Of a DNA stretch of 64,000 nt, positions 17,597 to 25,780 are shown piece after piece. The notes below the pieces were generated by a model, which saw nothing but the letters and a program-made list of their open reading frames with translations, had not been told where the DNA came from and searched no databases. The DNA lies in assembly GCA_039189765.1 (NCBI GenBank), contig JBCCYL010000012.1:32001-96000 (forward strand), in the 5' to 3' direction. Position numbers and translations under genes: made by a program. Source of the stretch: Cyanobacteria bacterium P01_F01_bin.150 (lineage in GTDB: Bacteria > Cyanobacteriota > Cyanobacteriia > CAKZMO01). The first letter of the stretch is position 1; the number at the start of each line of letters is the position of its first letter.

Positions 17597-18359
17597 CAAG
17601 CCCCGGCACTAACTCCAGTTTGCCATCGCCATCTTGATCGCCTTTATTCCATAACTCAAACGCCGCAGCCGCCTCACGGTAGTTGCGGTTATTTATTTCT
17701 CTGAGCACAGTTGAGTCACCGAAGCCACCCGCCCCAATGTTGTAGCAAAGCAACACACAGGCGCTAAACATATTGCTGCCAATGGGGTAATGTAAGCGGG
17801 ACCATACAGCAGACTCGAAAAACTCCAGGTCTTTAGCCAGCAATTTGTTCGCGTCAGCTTCGCTGATTGTCTTGCCGTTGCGAACATCCGCACGGGTGAC
17901 GCTCTTTGTGTGGCCCCATCCAATAGTGGGATGACCAGTGGGGCAGATGTAGGCTGCAAATGGCTTATTAGGGAGGCCGTTACCTTCGAATTCTTTCAAT
18001 ATGGCGATCGCTTTTTCGTTAGTGCGCTGCCTGGGCACATAATGGCCATCCATGATCAGCTTGCCCAGCGCTGCCCCCGTTTGCGGACCAAATACGCCAT
18101 CGGGTTTAACCGAGTAGTTAATACTCAACTTAGTTTGCAGTGCGATCATCTTTGCCCCTGTAGCTGGCAATCGTTGCACCCATTCGCTTGGGAGCTTGCC
18201 GTTAGCGAATACTTCCCCCATGGCTCGGCCTGTTTGGCCCCCAAAAAGCCCATCCTCGGCTAAAGGGTGGGCAGGGAGAACCTTATTTAATGAGGATTGG
18301 AGCTGATGAGCAAGCTTTGGTGTAGCTAGGGACGTTATCAGATGGTCTGCTGCAAGCAT
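17550..18359 (-). CDS. Endolysin: PG-binding repeats + GH24 lysozyme
   Basis: DGLFGGQT/DGVFGPQT repeats; EFEG...YICPTGHPTIGWGHT; GLARRRKAE. Confidence 0.92.
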   Translation of the reverse strand: MLAADHLITSLATPKLAHQLQSSLNKVLPAHPLAEDGLFGGQTGRAMGEVFANGKLPSEWVQRLPATGAKMIALQTKLSINYSVKPDGVFGPQTGAALGKLIMDGHYVPRQRTNEKAIAILKEFEGNGLPNKPFAAYICPTGHPTIGWGHTKSVTRADVRNGKTISEADANKLLAKDLEFFESAVWSRLHYPIGSNMFSACVLLCYNIGAGGFGDSTVLREINNRNYREAAAAFELWNKGDQDGDGKLELVPGLARRRKAERSLFEEDL

Positions 18360-18390
18360 AATTCATCTGCGCTAGAAGTTCAAGTGAATT

Positions 18391-18396
18391 ATTCCC
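18391..18396 (-). promoter_or_regulatory. Putative phage late promoter core GGGAAY (endolysin)
   Basis: GGGAATAAT about 31 nt upstream of ATG; shared with other late genes. Confidence 0.55.
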
Positions 18397-18441
18397 AGGA
18401 ACAGTATTGATGTAGTATTTGACACTTTACTCTACTCTGCA

Positions 18442-19719
18442 ATGATCGTCACTTTAGCCTGTCTAATTTTCGTGCTCTTTCAAAGTGTCATCACGCTAAT
18501 TACTCAGAAATCCAACGCTGAGAATTATGCAGCTAGGCAATATTCAATGGCTCGGTTAGACGAATTGACAGGGCTAGGAAATAGGCGAGCTTTTACGGAG
18601 GCATGCTCAGAGTGGGTGAATAGGGATGACTTTATTGTGGTCAGAATAGATTGCAATGGACTGAAACGCGCCAATGATGTTTATGGGCATGAATTTGGTG
18701 ATCGAATCATTAAAGAGACCGCTCAGAATATTAGTAGGATTTGTCGCACTGGCCAAGCATTCCGTACCGGGGGGGATGAGTTTACGATTTTCTGGGACGC
18801 GGATATCGAGATTAATTCCTTGGCCCAGAAGTTTTCTTACTCCCTGAATGTTTTTGTTGAGGATATGGATTACAAAATTTCTTGTGCAATCGGATTAGCT
18901 CACAAGCATTTATTCGTATCACTCCACGAAGCTGTTTGTGTTGCAGATGAAGAGATGTATCGATCCAAAATAAACAGTCTAGACTGGAGTGTGTGTGATG
19001 ACTTTGACATGAGTCTTTATCGCATTGCACAAGGGCTCAAAACTGAATTTGGCAGCACTCGTCACTTAGAGCTTCATTATCAACCGATAATACATTTAAC
19101 ATCTGGTCAGATTACATCCTATGAGGCGTTGATCCGTTGGAATCGAGACAGCGGATTTGTTGAACCGACTAACATATTGGCTGCGGTAAAAAAGTATCAT
19201 TTATCTGTTGATTTTGCACTGTGGACGCTTCGGCAAGCCCAACAACAATGGGACACTTGGGGACGCCCTCCTATCACAATTGCCGTCAATCTCTCTGGGT
19301 CTTGGTTGTTAAAGCCAGCAGTATTTAATGCAGTGGCCCGTAGTCAGGGATTGACTATTGAAATAACAGAGGATGAGGCTATCGAAGACCCTAAGATCCT
19401 CGATAAAATAGATGAATTGCGCACACTCGGGATAAAAATATCCATTGATGATTTTGGGGCGCGTTGGTCAGCGATTGCTCAGCTAAGCAGGCTCAGTGAG
19501 AGTTGCGATCGGGTGAAGATTGACAAGGCGCTGCTCAAGGATATTCGGTTATTTGAGGGGGCGCACGGCCTGATAGATTCGCTGAATCTGCCGACAGTGG
19601 CTGAGGGTATAGAAACTCAAGACATGTTGATCGCAATTAGGGACGCTGGTGGGCAATTTGGGCAGGGTTACCTGTTGGGCAGGCCGATGAAGGGTAGTGA
19701 TATTGGGATGGGGGAATAG
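18442..19719 (+). CDS. GGDEF-EAL c-di-GMP metabolising protein with N-terminal TM helix
   Basis: DELTGLGNRR, NDVYGH..GD, RTGGDEF; YQPI, EALIRW, EITE, IDDFG, KIDK, AEGIE, QGY. Confidence 0.93.
   Translation: MIVTLACLIFVLFQSVITLITQKSNAENYAARQYSMARLDELTGLGNRRAFTEACSEWVNRDDFIVVRIDCNGLKRANDVYGHEFGDRIIKETAQNISRICRTGQAFRTGGDEFTIFWDADIEINSLAQKFSYSLNVFVEDMDYKISCAIGLAHKHLFVSLHEAVCVADEEMYRSKINSLDWSVCDDFDMSLYRIAQGLKTEFGSTRHLELHYQPIIHLTSGQITSYEALIRWNRDSGFVEPTNILAAVKKYHLSVDFALWTLRQAQQQWDTWGRPPITIAVNLSGSWLLKPAVFNAVARSQGLTIEITEDEAIEDPKILDKIDELRTLGIKISIDDFGARWSAIAQLSRLSESCDRVKIDKALLKDIRLFEGAHGLIDSLNLPTVAEGIETQDMLIAIRDAGGQFGQGYLLGRPMKGSDIGMGE
19712..19717 (+). promoter_or_regulatory. Putative late promoter core (holin/M15 operon)
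   Basis: GGGAATAGT 38 nt upstream of start. Confidence 0.5.
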
Positions 19720-19755
19720 TCGGGTTAGGGTGCCATTGCGCATACAGGAGGCACA

Positions 19756-19998
19756 GTGGTAAGCAGCAGGGCTAATTTAGTCAGACTTTTACAGAGCACA
19801 AATGGGAACGTTCATTTACTAGCGATTGCCGCTGGTTTTTTGTTCTTTTTCCCAACCGTCACACAGGTGTTAGACCGACCGGATCTGTCTGTTTGGGAAA
19901 GAACCGAAATGCTGTCTATTGCTGTTGGAGAATTGCTTTTTACATTAGGGGCCGCGTCTGCATCCCCTGAAACATTCCTTGACGAGGATGATGATTAG
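19756..19998 (+). CDS. Putative holin-like two-TM protein
   Basis: AGGAGG RBS; two hydrophobic helices; near lysins. Confidence 0.45.
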   Translation: MVSSRANLVRLLQSTNGNVHLLAIAAGFLFFFPTVTQVLDRPDLSVWERTEMLSIAVGELLFTLGAASASPETFLDEDDD

Positions 19999-19999
19999 C

Positions 20000-20107
20000 A
20001 TGTTTGCAGTATGGGTGATTGCCTTGCTTGTTCCCTTGGTGTGCATCTCAATTTATCAGGCCGTGAAGACAATCGACGCAACCGACGACTTTGATAAGAG
20101 GCAATGA
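20000..20107 (+). CDS. 35-aa single-TM peptide (not in ORF track)
   Basis: MFAVWVIALLVPLVCISIYQAVK...; ATGA overlap with next gene. Confidence 0.45.
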   Translation: MFAVWVIALLVPLVCISIYQAVKTIDATDDFDKRQ

Positions 20108-20745
20108 GCACTTACCCAAACAGGAATGATGTTACATATTCATGGGTCAGGCGATCTCTGGATGGAGCGAATGATGTCCCAAAAGAGGAGCTGAAGCTTT
20201 ACCTGTGTGAACGCAATACAAAGCACATTGTCGGATATCGATACAGAGCTGACAATCGAGACAAATTTGTTTGCACAATGGCCTATGAAAAATTCAAACA
20301 GTCTAACCATCATCTTGAATTTCGCCCCGTAACAGAGCGCCGTGGTTCGCTTGCTGTGGATATGTGGCGAGGCAAAGAGGCCGGATGGCAGTACGTTGGG
20401 ACCGGAATGTACAGCGCCTATTATCGTTTCCCTGGGGTGGCCAAACCTTATTGGAGGAACGACCCAAAAGAGCTGGTGATGGATGAAAAATACTTAGTGA
20501 ATGCTCCCAGCCTATCTGCATTCACTTCAAGCGGGGTGAAAGGTGAATATAGCGCGGTATGGCCAGGGATTTATCTGGGTCAGCCATACCGCAATAATCG
20601 CAACGAACTGAATTGGGCAATTCTCAGGCACCCAGGCTTGTTCTATCGTTCCACTGGGGAATTGGCAGCAAAAGCTGAATGGGCCAATGTAATGAGTCTG
20701 TCTGTTGATTGGTGGATGCCGTTACCGAAGCTAGGGAGGGATTGA
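20104..20745 (+). CDS. Hypothetical protein
   Basis: 213-aa ORF in operon. Confidence 0.6.
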   Translation: MSTYPNRNDVTYSWVRRSLDGANDVPKEELKLYLCERNTKHIVGYRYRADNRDKFVCTMAYEKFKQSNHHLEFRPVTERRGSLAVDMWRGKEAGWQYVGTGMYSAYYRFPGVAKPYWRNDPKELVMDEKYLVNAPSLSAFTSSGVKGEYSAVWPGIYLGQPYRNNRNELNWAILRHPGLFYRSTGELAAKAEWANVMSLSVDWWMPLPKLGRD

Positions 20746-20746
20746 A

Positions 20747-21448
20747 GTGAGAGTTACTGCACTTGTTGATACGTATTTGAAAAAAGATCAGTCGAAACAG
20801 GCTTTTGAGCTGCCTGACAACGAAAAAGTTTTTGTTGAGGCTGGGCGAGTCTATACGGTGGACCCGCTGGAGTTTGAAAACGACGATCACACTAATCCAT
20901 TAGCATATGGCCACGCCAAAATTGACATAAGTTATGGAGCGGGGGAGTGGTGGATATTCCTAGATCATTGGCGATATGAGCATGAGCAATCAGTAGTAGA
21001 AGTCCCAACTGTGTTGCCAGAATGGGACACCGTTGACTGGAATAATTTTGCAGCTCCAGTGTCAAAATACTTCACGGTAGGCGAAGTGATGAACATGTCC
21101 AAAGCTCGCATGCCTAAGGCGATTGAAGTAAAGCGCAATATCATCAAAATCGCCCGTGCTGTTGATCAAGTGAGAGAAGAATGGGGAGGACCTCTAGGCG
21201 TTACATCATTTTATCGTCCGTGGCATATTAACCGGAGAATTGGGTCGAGGTCGAGCAACCATCCAAGGGGTACTGCCATGGATATTCGATGCTTGCGAGG
21301 GAACACAAAGGGGTTGGAGCGAATGGTAGAGAATGACTTTTACAACGCTGGCCGCTGGGATGGCGGGGTCGGTCGAGGCGCTAGCTATAGAGGGTTTGTC
21401 CACCTTGACTTAAACGACGAGTACGGAAAACGCATCTGGAATTACTAG
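20747..21448 (+). CDS. Peptidase M15A family endolysin
   Basis: TSFYRP..N..IG..SNHPRGTAMDI...FVHLD; N-terminal cyanobacterial DTYLKK domain. Confidence 0.88.
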   Translation: MRVTALVDTYLKKDQSKQAFELPDNEKVFVEAGRVYTVDPLEFENDDHTNPLAYGHAKIDISYGAGEWWIFLDHWRYEHEQSVVEVPTVLPEWDTVDWNNFAAPVSKYFTVGEVMNMSKARMPKAIEVKRNIIKIARAVDQVREEWGGPLGVTSFYRPWHINRRIGSRSSNHPRGTAMDIRCLRGNTKGLERMVENDFYNAGRWDGGVGRGASYRGFVHLDLNDEYGKRIWNY

Positions 21449-21459
21449 GAGCCATTGCC

Positions 21460-21864
21460 ATGACAACACCCGCACATTACAAGAGCGCATCCGAAAAAGG
21501 GCGTCCCTATTTGCAGCTTCTTCTAGGAGAGGCGATCACCAACAAGCGTGGATTCTTTGATGGCGACCTATTCACAGCCATTGATAGGCATGCTCCGTAC
21601 CTCGATAACGACGCCAATGATTTTAACGCAGCTCGCTACTTTTGGAGGCTTGGTCAGAAAATAGAGCAGCAGCCCAATGAACCGATCCATATAGCAGCAG
21701 AACGGGCAGAACGGCAAGACCTGAGCAAAGCCCAACAGTATTTGCAACGGTCACTCAAGTTTCGCAACAGCCCGTGGTACCCAATCGCGCGGTTGTTTGT
21801 GCGGAAGGTGGCGAAACGACGCATAGAGCGGGTGTTGGCTGCTATTGAGGAGAGATTGGGCTAG
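21460..21864 (+). CDS. DUF3310-like protein
   Basis: TPAHY...NAARYFWRLGQK...QDLSKAQQYL. Confidence 0.55.
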   Translation: MTTPAHYKSASEKGRPYLQLLLGEAITNKRGFFDGDLFTAIDRHAPYLDNDANDFNAARYFWRLGQKIEQQPNEPIHIAAERAERQDLSKAQQYLQRSLKFRNSPWYPIARLFVRKVAKRRIERVLAAIEERLG

Positions 21865-22135
21865 CTAGTTCCCAGTGATACTCCTCTCCTCTATCTGTCA
21901 ATATCGTTGTGTTGTCGTAAATCCAGCCCGAGATAAATCCGTTCCAGTGGCCTCTTGGGCCTGATACGTGACTGACAAAGCAGTAGTTATTGATCGGATC
22001 TCCATAACGGCCTTCTAAGTCGCCTGAGTAGTGATGGATAATGCGTACTATGCTGCCATACTGGATATAGTCTCCTGGTTTGAATCGGCGTTTAGCTTTC
22101 TTTTTTTTTGACATTGATTTTTCCGTTCGCATCAA
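21842..22135 (-). CDS. Hypothetical protein
   Basis: Likely start MSKKKKAKRRFKPGD. Confidence 0.5.
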   Translation of the reverse strand: MMRTEKSMSKKKKAKRRFKPGDYIQYGSIVRIIHHYSGDLEGRYGDPINNYCFVSHVSGPRGHWNGFISGWIYDNTTILTDRGEEYHWELASPISPQ

Positions 22136-22385
22136 CAGTCATGATCCCGCCATACTTCATCACGAACCCGATGTTTTGCAACAGCAGTCCGATTGCCCGA
22201 GATGCGTTAGGCTTGCCTCGCATCTCTAGCTCTAACCTTTTAGCTAAAGCGATCGCCGCATCCCACTCTCCAGGGGATAGTGAGAGATTCCGGGGCTTTC
22301 GCCTTTGTTCGACTGGAAGCGGTTGGCGGGGTTGAGGTTGAAGATTGGCAAGAGACTTAGGATGTTGTTCTGCCTTCTTACTCAT
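22092..22385 (-). CDS. RHH-type DNA-binding protein
   Basis: HPKSLANL...RNLSLSPGEW...NASRAIGLL. Confidence 0.65.
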   Translation of the reverse strand: MSKKAEQHPKSLANLQPQPRQPLPVEQRRKPRNLSLSPGEWDAAIALAKRLELEMRGKPNASRAIGLLLQNIGFVMKYGGIMTVDANGKINVKKKES

Positions 22386-22653
22386 AAAGGTTGCGTCCTT
22401 CCTCTTCCGTCAACATCCGATATGTTTCTGACGTAGGAAATGTACGCCCCATGACTAAATCAAACTCTTTATATCCATAAGTTATCTCAAACAACTGAGT
22501 AGCATAAAAAAATATGCCATTTAATAATTGCGTTTTTTGCTCCCAGGTTTCATCCCCACTGAGGAAATGGAGAAATACCTGATGAATGTCAGTCAACTTA
22601 TCTCCGCTATTACACTTACTTAATTGCTCCAAGACTTCGCATCCTTTAATCAT
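22378..22653 (-). CDS. Hypothetical protein (AT-rich)
   Basis: Coupled to both neighbours. Confidence 0.55.
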   Translation of the reverse strand: MIKGCEVLEQLSKCNSGDKLTDIHQVFLHFLSGDETWEQKTQLLNGIFFYATQLFEITYGYKEFDLVMGRTFPTSETYRMLTEEEGRNLYE

Positions 22654-23078
22654 TATTCAAACTCCCTGCGATTATCGATCCACCAAGACGCATCTTTGTT
22701 CGAAAGTATTTCAATTGCGTTGTTTTCTGACACAGAGCCATTGACAATTTGCCTCGACAAGGAACGGCAAGCCGAAGCGAAAATATATGATGCCCATCGC
22801 TTTTGCTTTTGACTGCCCTCTGAGATGCATTCATACATTGAAAGCTGAGCTTCTAGATCTTCTGCACGTTCAGCGTCACTATCATCACAACCCATCAAAT
22901 ATTCAGCCAATAATTCATCTTCTATGCTTTCTACGCTTACCGCCTTTTTGCTTACAAAACGAGGACGACGCCCAACTATAACAACGCACCACACCCAGTG
23001 AAGCTCGGTCACTTTAGCCACTTGATTGGGGCTGACTTCGAGATATTGAGCGATGGATGAGATTAGTGCGGTGTTCAT
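22653..23078 (-). CDS. Cyanophage protein with RFVSKK N-terminal domain
   Basis: IAQYLEV...VVIVGRRPRFVSKKAV; GSQKQKRWA...ASWWIDNR; GAGGAG RBS. Confidence 0.75.
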   Translation of the reverse strand: MNTALISSIAQYLEVSPNQVAKVTELHWVWCVVIVGRRPRFVSKKAVSVESIEDELLAEYLMGCDDSDAERAEDLEAQLSMYECISEGSQKQKRWASYIFASACRSLSRQIVNGSVSENNAIEILSNKDASWWIDNRREFE

Positions 23079-23095
23079 GGCGTTCTCCTCTGTCT

Positions 23096-23133
23096 ACATC
23101 TCTAATTGTATGCGCATACAATTAGAGATGTCA
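23096..23133 (-). promoter_or_regulatory. Sigma70 promoter embedded in a 36-bp perfect palindrome
   Basis: ACATCTCTAATTGTATGC|GCATACAATTAGAGATGT (23096-23131); TTGACA-N18-TACAAT. Confidence 0.8.
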
Positions 23134-23147
23134 AAGAGTTTCTGAAA

Positions 23148-23714
23148 TTAATTTTTCGCCACTTGCCGAGAGCCTCTAATCTCAAGATCCCAATCAATAT
23201 CGCGTTCCCGGCTATTCCAATAGGGCAGCAGTAGAGCAAGATCATCCAGTGCTGCGATCGCCCATCTGTGGAAATTGGCATTGTGCCGTGAACGGAAATT
23301 GAAGTATCCGCTAAACAGCTCTTCTGATTCGAAAGCGCCATTGCGATCACACCAGTGAGAGGTCTTTAATATGGTTACTCGGTGTGTGTTGGCCATTGAG
23401 CGTTGTATCGTGAAGCTGCTACCGTTTGGTTCATTGCGTTCGTTGGGCAGTTTTTCTAGCGTGTCTAGATAGAGGTGGATGTCGTACTGCTTTGCCCGTG
23501 GGGTGTCGCCTCTATGGGGCATGTAGATCCATGTTCGTATCGCGCGGCGGCTTTTTCTCTCTACTAAGGCCACCTGCCCATTAATCGGCTTGCCTTTGAT
23601 TCGAGTAATTCGTTTTAGAATTTTTGGCTGGAAGGAGAGGCTTCGTTGTCCCCTTCTATAAAAGTTTTGACGAATCCATTCGTGTATCGCTGTCAGGATT
23701 CTGTCTATTAGCAT
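23148..23714 (-). CDS. Hypothetical protein
   Basis: 188-aa ORF. Confidence 0.55.
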   Translation of the reverse strand: MLIDRILTAIHEWIRQNFYRRGQRSLSFQPKILKRITRIKGKPINGQVALVERKSRRAIRTWIYMPHRGDTPRAKQYDIHLYLDTLEKLPNERNEPNGSSFTIQRSMANTHRVTILKTSHWCDRNGAFESEELFSGYFNFRSRHNANFHRWAIAALDDLALLLPYWNSRERDIDWDLEIRGSRQVAKN

Positions 23715-23832
23715 CTGCTGCTATCCGCTGGCTTATTTTCTTCCATTTGCGCTTATTGTCAGGGTGCAACTCATGCCGTACCCAGTCCCACAGTTCCGCT
23801 ATTTTGAGTGCCACACGCAAGAGGGTGATCAT
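23656..23832 (-). CDS. Small hypothetical protein (MITLLRVALK...)
   Basis: ATG overlaps stop of the upstream 39-aa ORF. Confidence 0.45.
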   Translation of the reverse strand: MITLLRVALKIAELWDWVRHELHPDNKRKWKKISQRIAADANRQNPDSDTRMDSSKLL

Positions 23833-23948
23833 GGCTGCTCCAGAAAAGAAATGATCTGCCTGCGCCCAGTTCCTCTGATGTGACGAGGGTGAGCGCAGTA
23901 GCAGATCAGAGAGAGGCATGCGACGGCGGAGACAACACGAAAGAGCAT
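23829..23948 (-). CDS. PatX/PatS-like signal peptide with RGTGR motif (39 aa, not in ORF track)
   Basis: MLFRVVSAVACLSLICYCAHPRHIRGTGRRQIISFLEQP; GGGAATAGT motif 27 nt upstream; ATGA coupling downstream. Confidence 0.6.
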   Translation of the reverse strand: MLFRVVSAVACLSLICYCAHPRHIRGTGRRQIISFLEQP

Positions 23949-23973
23949 GGGAACGGGGAAAGCGATATGGTGA

Positions 23974-24225
23974 CTATTCCCTGACTTCTGTCGCTTCTAT
24001 TTCGATTAGAGTATCATCTATCCCCATAGGCAAGCATTTTTTGGCTATTTGTTCAGCGATAGAGTCATACTGATCTGCTGAACAAACTTTGTATTTCCCA
24101 TCTCGCGGGTCTGTATATCCGTAATGATTCAGGTCAAGGGCTTGTTCCCCGACTGTTCTAATAGGCGTAAATTTTATGCCCCCATACGTTATCTTGTCAG
24201 AAACAATGTTCAATTCCCATTCCAT
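23974..24225 (-). CDS. Hypothetical protein
   Basis: AAGGA RBS; 83 aa. Confidence 0.6.
   Translation of the reverse strand: MEWELNIVSDKITYGGIKFTPIRTVGEQALDLNHYGYTDPRDGKYKVCSADQYDSIAEQIAKKCLPMGIDDTLIEIEATEVRE
23976..23981 (-). promoter_or_regulatory. Putative late promoter core
   Basis: GGGAATAGT. Confidence 0.55.
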
Positions 24226-24235
24226 AATATTTTCC

Positions 24236-24700
24236 TTAATTTAGTGTTTTCGCCCATTCTTCAACAGCGCTTGCTCCCCCCGCTTTTTTGATAGCGGCGA
24301 TCGCCTTTTTGCTAAGTGTTAACTCATAACGACTCTTTTCTGAGCTTGGCTTGCGCCCTCCATTACGGCCTACTTCGTACTGGTAGGTAATTGCTAGGTC
24401 GAAATCCCAGAGAAAATCGCAGATGTCCGCATGCACCTGCTCAAGCTCACTAACTGCTCCATGAACCACTCCATTGGGCGACACTTGAGCTGTAGAGGTA
24501 ATCCGAAACCAGTTACAGGCGTCGGCAGATGTACCCCGATTAGACCGTCGTCCTACGAACCATTGCGCGGCTTCTTTTGGGGGAGTGACGATCGTTTTGA
24601 TGTTGCCAGTGTGACGGGGGCGATCGCTTCCGATGGGTGCCCAGCCCACTAGGGACTGGGCAGAGATTTTGGTGACTTTAGTTGGCATTATGCATACCAC
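24236..24700 (-). CDS. Hypothetical protein with C-terminal RHH-like motif
   Basis: GGRKPS..KSRYELTLSKKAIAAIKKAGGASAVEEWA. Confidence 0.6.
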   Translation of the reverse strand: MVCIMPTKVTKISAQSLVGWAPIGSDRPRHTGNIKTIVTPPKEAAQWFVGRRSNRGTSADACNWFRITSTAQVSPNGVVHGAVSELEQVHADICDFLWDFDLAITYQYEVGRNGGRKPSSEKSRYELTLSKKAIAAIKKAGGASAVEEWAKTLN

Positions 24701-25221
24701 TCCCGAGTTATGTGGACTCCTGGCTCATGCTGACCTTCAGGCGCGATAATCCCGTCTTCATCTTCTTGCATCAACACCTTACCTTTTAGCGAAGTAATTT
24801 TTAACGAGGCTCCCATCTCAGTCAGAATAGGAACAATTAACTCGTTAACCTTGTATTTTTTAGGCACTGAAGTAAACCCAAATTTCCCTTTAATGCCTTT
24901 CATGATTAGAGGGGTATCAATCCTAGTAAAATATATCCTTAGCTCACCTTCCTTTTTGTCCCACAATCGAGCCTTAACAAATCCACCCGCCATTGAGTTC
25001 CACTCAGTTCCTTGGCTGGAGTTCCATTTAGATATAAAACGAGACAAAAAATCTTTACCGCTAACTTCTTCTTTCACGACCTTTTTACTCACGAACCGAG
25101 TGCCAAGCCCCTTCACGATTACCAGCAAAACCCGACCACCAGTCCATGTCCAGAAATCACGAATTTCTTTGATTGCGCTCTCTACAACATTTAGGTGACG
25201 GGCGATTGCTGTGGTATTCAC
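24688..25221 (-). CDS. Cyanophage protein with RFVSKK N-terminal domain (paralogue of 22653..23078)
   Basis: VNTTAIARHLNV...VIVKGLGTRFVSKKVV; start moved to GTG 25221. Confidence 0.7.
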   Translation of the reverse strand: MNTTAIARHLNVVESAIKEIRDFWTWTGGRVLLVIVKGLGTRFVSKKVVKEEVSGKDFLSRFISKWNSSQGTEWNSMAGGFVKARLWDKKEGELRIYFTRIDTPLIMKGIKGKFGFTSVPKKYKVNELIVPILTEMGASLKITSLKGKVLMQEDEDGIIAPEGQHEPGVHITREWYA

Positions 25222-25235
25222 TGACCTGGCCTTGT

Positions 25236-25282
25236 TGACTTGCACTTAGATTATGGCACGACAAGAATCTAAGTGCAAGTCA
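25236..25282 (-). promoter_or_regulatory. Promoter within 17-bp inverted repeat
   Basis: TGACTTGCACTTAGATT-N13-AATCTAAGTGCAAGTCA; TTGCAC-N17-CATAAT. Confidence 0.7.
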
Positions 25283-25306
25283 GGGCGATGAAGCTGATGT
25301 GAAGAA

Positions 25307-25741
25307 TCAGGTCAGCTTTGTGAAGCGTGGTTTGCCGTTGCGATCGCTCATAAAGTTTTCGAGTGGCCTGCCATAAATGCCTTTCATTTGCCGGGGATGA
25401 ATGCCGTGTTGAGGATAAACAGACTGATAGACTACGAGTGGTGATGGATAAGGATCAGAACTGAGGTCTTTTATTGCCGTACAAACGTCTCCATTCTGAT
25501 AGATGGACAGATCTTCACCTGTCTCCGTGTGAATGGCCACGCCAATAAAATGCAGGTCGTCTAGTGTAGAGAGACTTGGGTCTGTGATGCCTAGAATCGA
25601 ATAAATGTGCAGTGCTTTCGGTGGATCGTGTTTCTGATGCTGCTAGATCTCGTATCGCTTTGGTGGCTGAATGAGTGGGGTTGAGTTTTTTGAATCGGTT
25701 TGGTGAATGATCCTGTTGTGACCAATGAACGGTTTACTCAT
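25307..25741 (-). pseudogene. DUF1653-like gene interrupted by in-frame TAG (25643-25645)
   Basis: MSKPF...YEI*QHQKHDP...AIHTETGE...VVYQ...YGRPLENFMS...KPRF is continuous in one frame. Confidence 0.6.
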
Positions 25742-25747
25742 GGGAAT
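25742..25747 (+). promoter_or_regulatory. Putative late promoter core
   Basis: GGGAAT 33 nt upstream of ATG 25781. Confidence 0.45.
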
Positions 25748-25780
25748 GGGTTTGAAATAACGACACTTCTATTATGCCTA

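Noticed and set aside
23833..23919. N-terminal part of ORF-track 23656..23919
   Set aside because: Better explained by the overlapping 39-aa ORF with coupled ATG at 23832.
25643..25645. Genome-wide TAG recoding (alternative genetic code)
   Set aside because: Long genes are intact under the standard code, and TAG terminates many genes.
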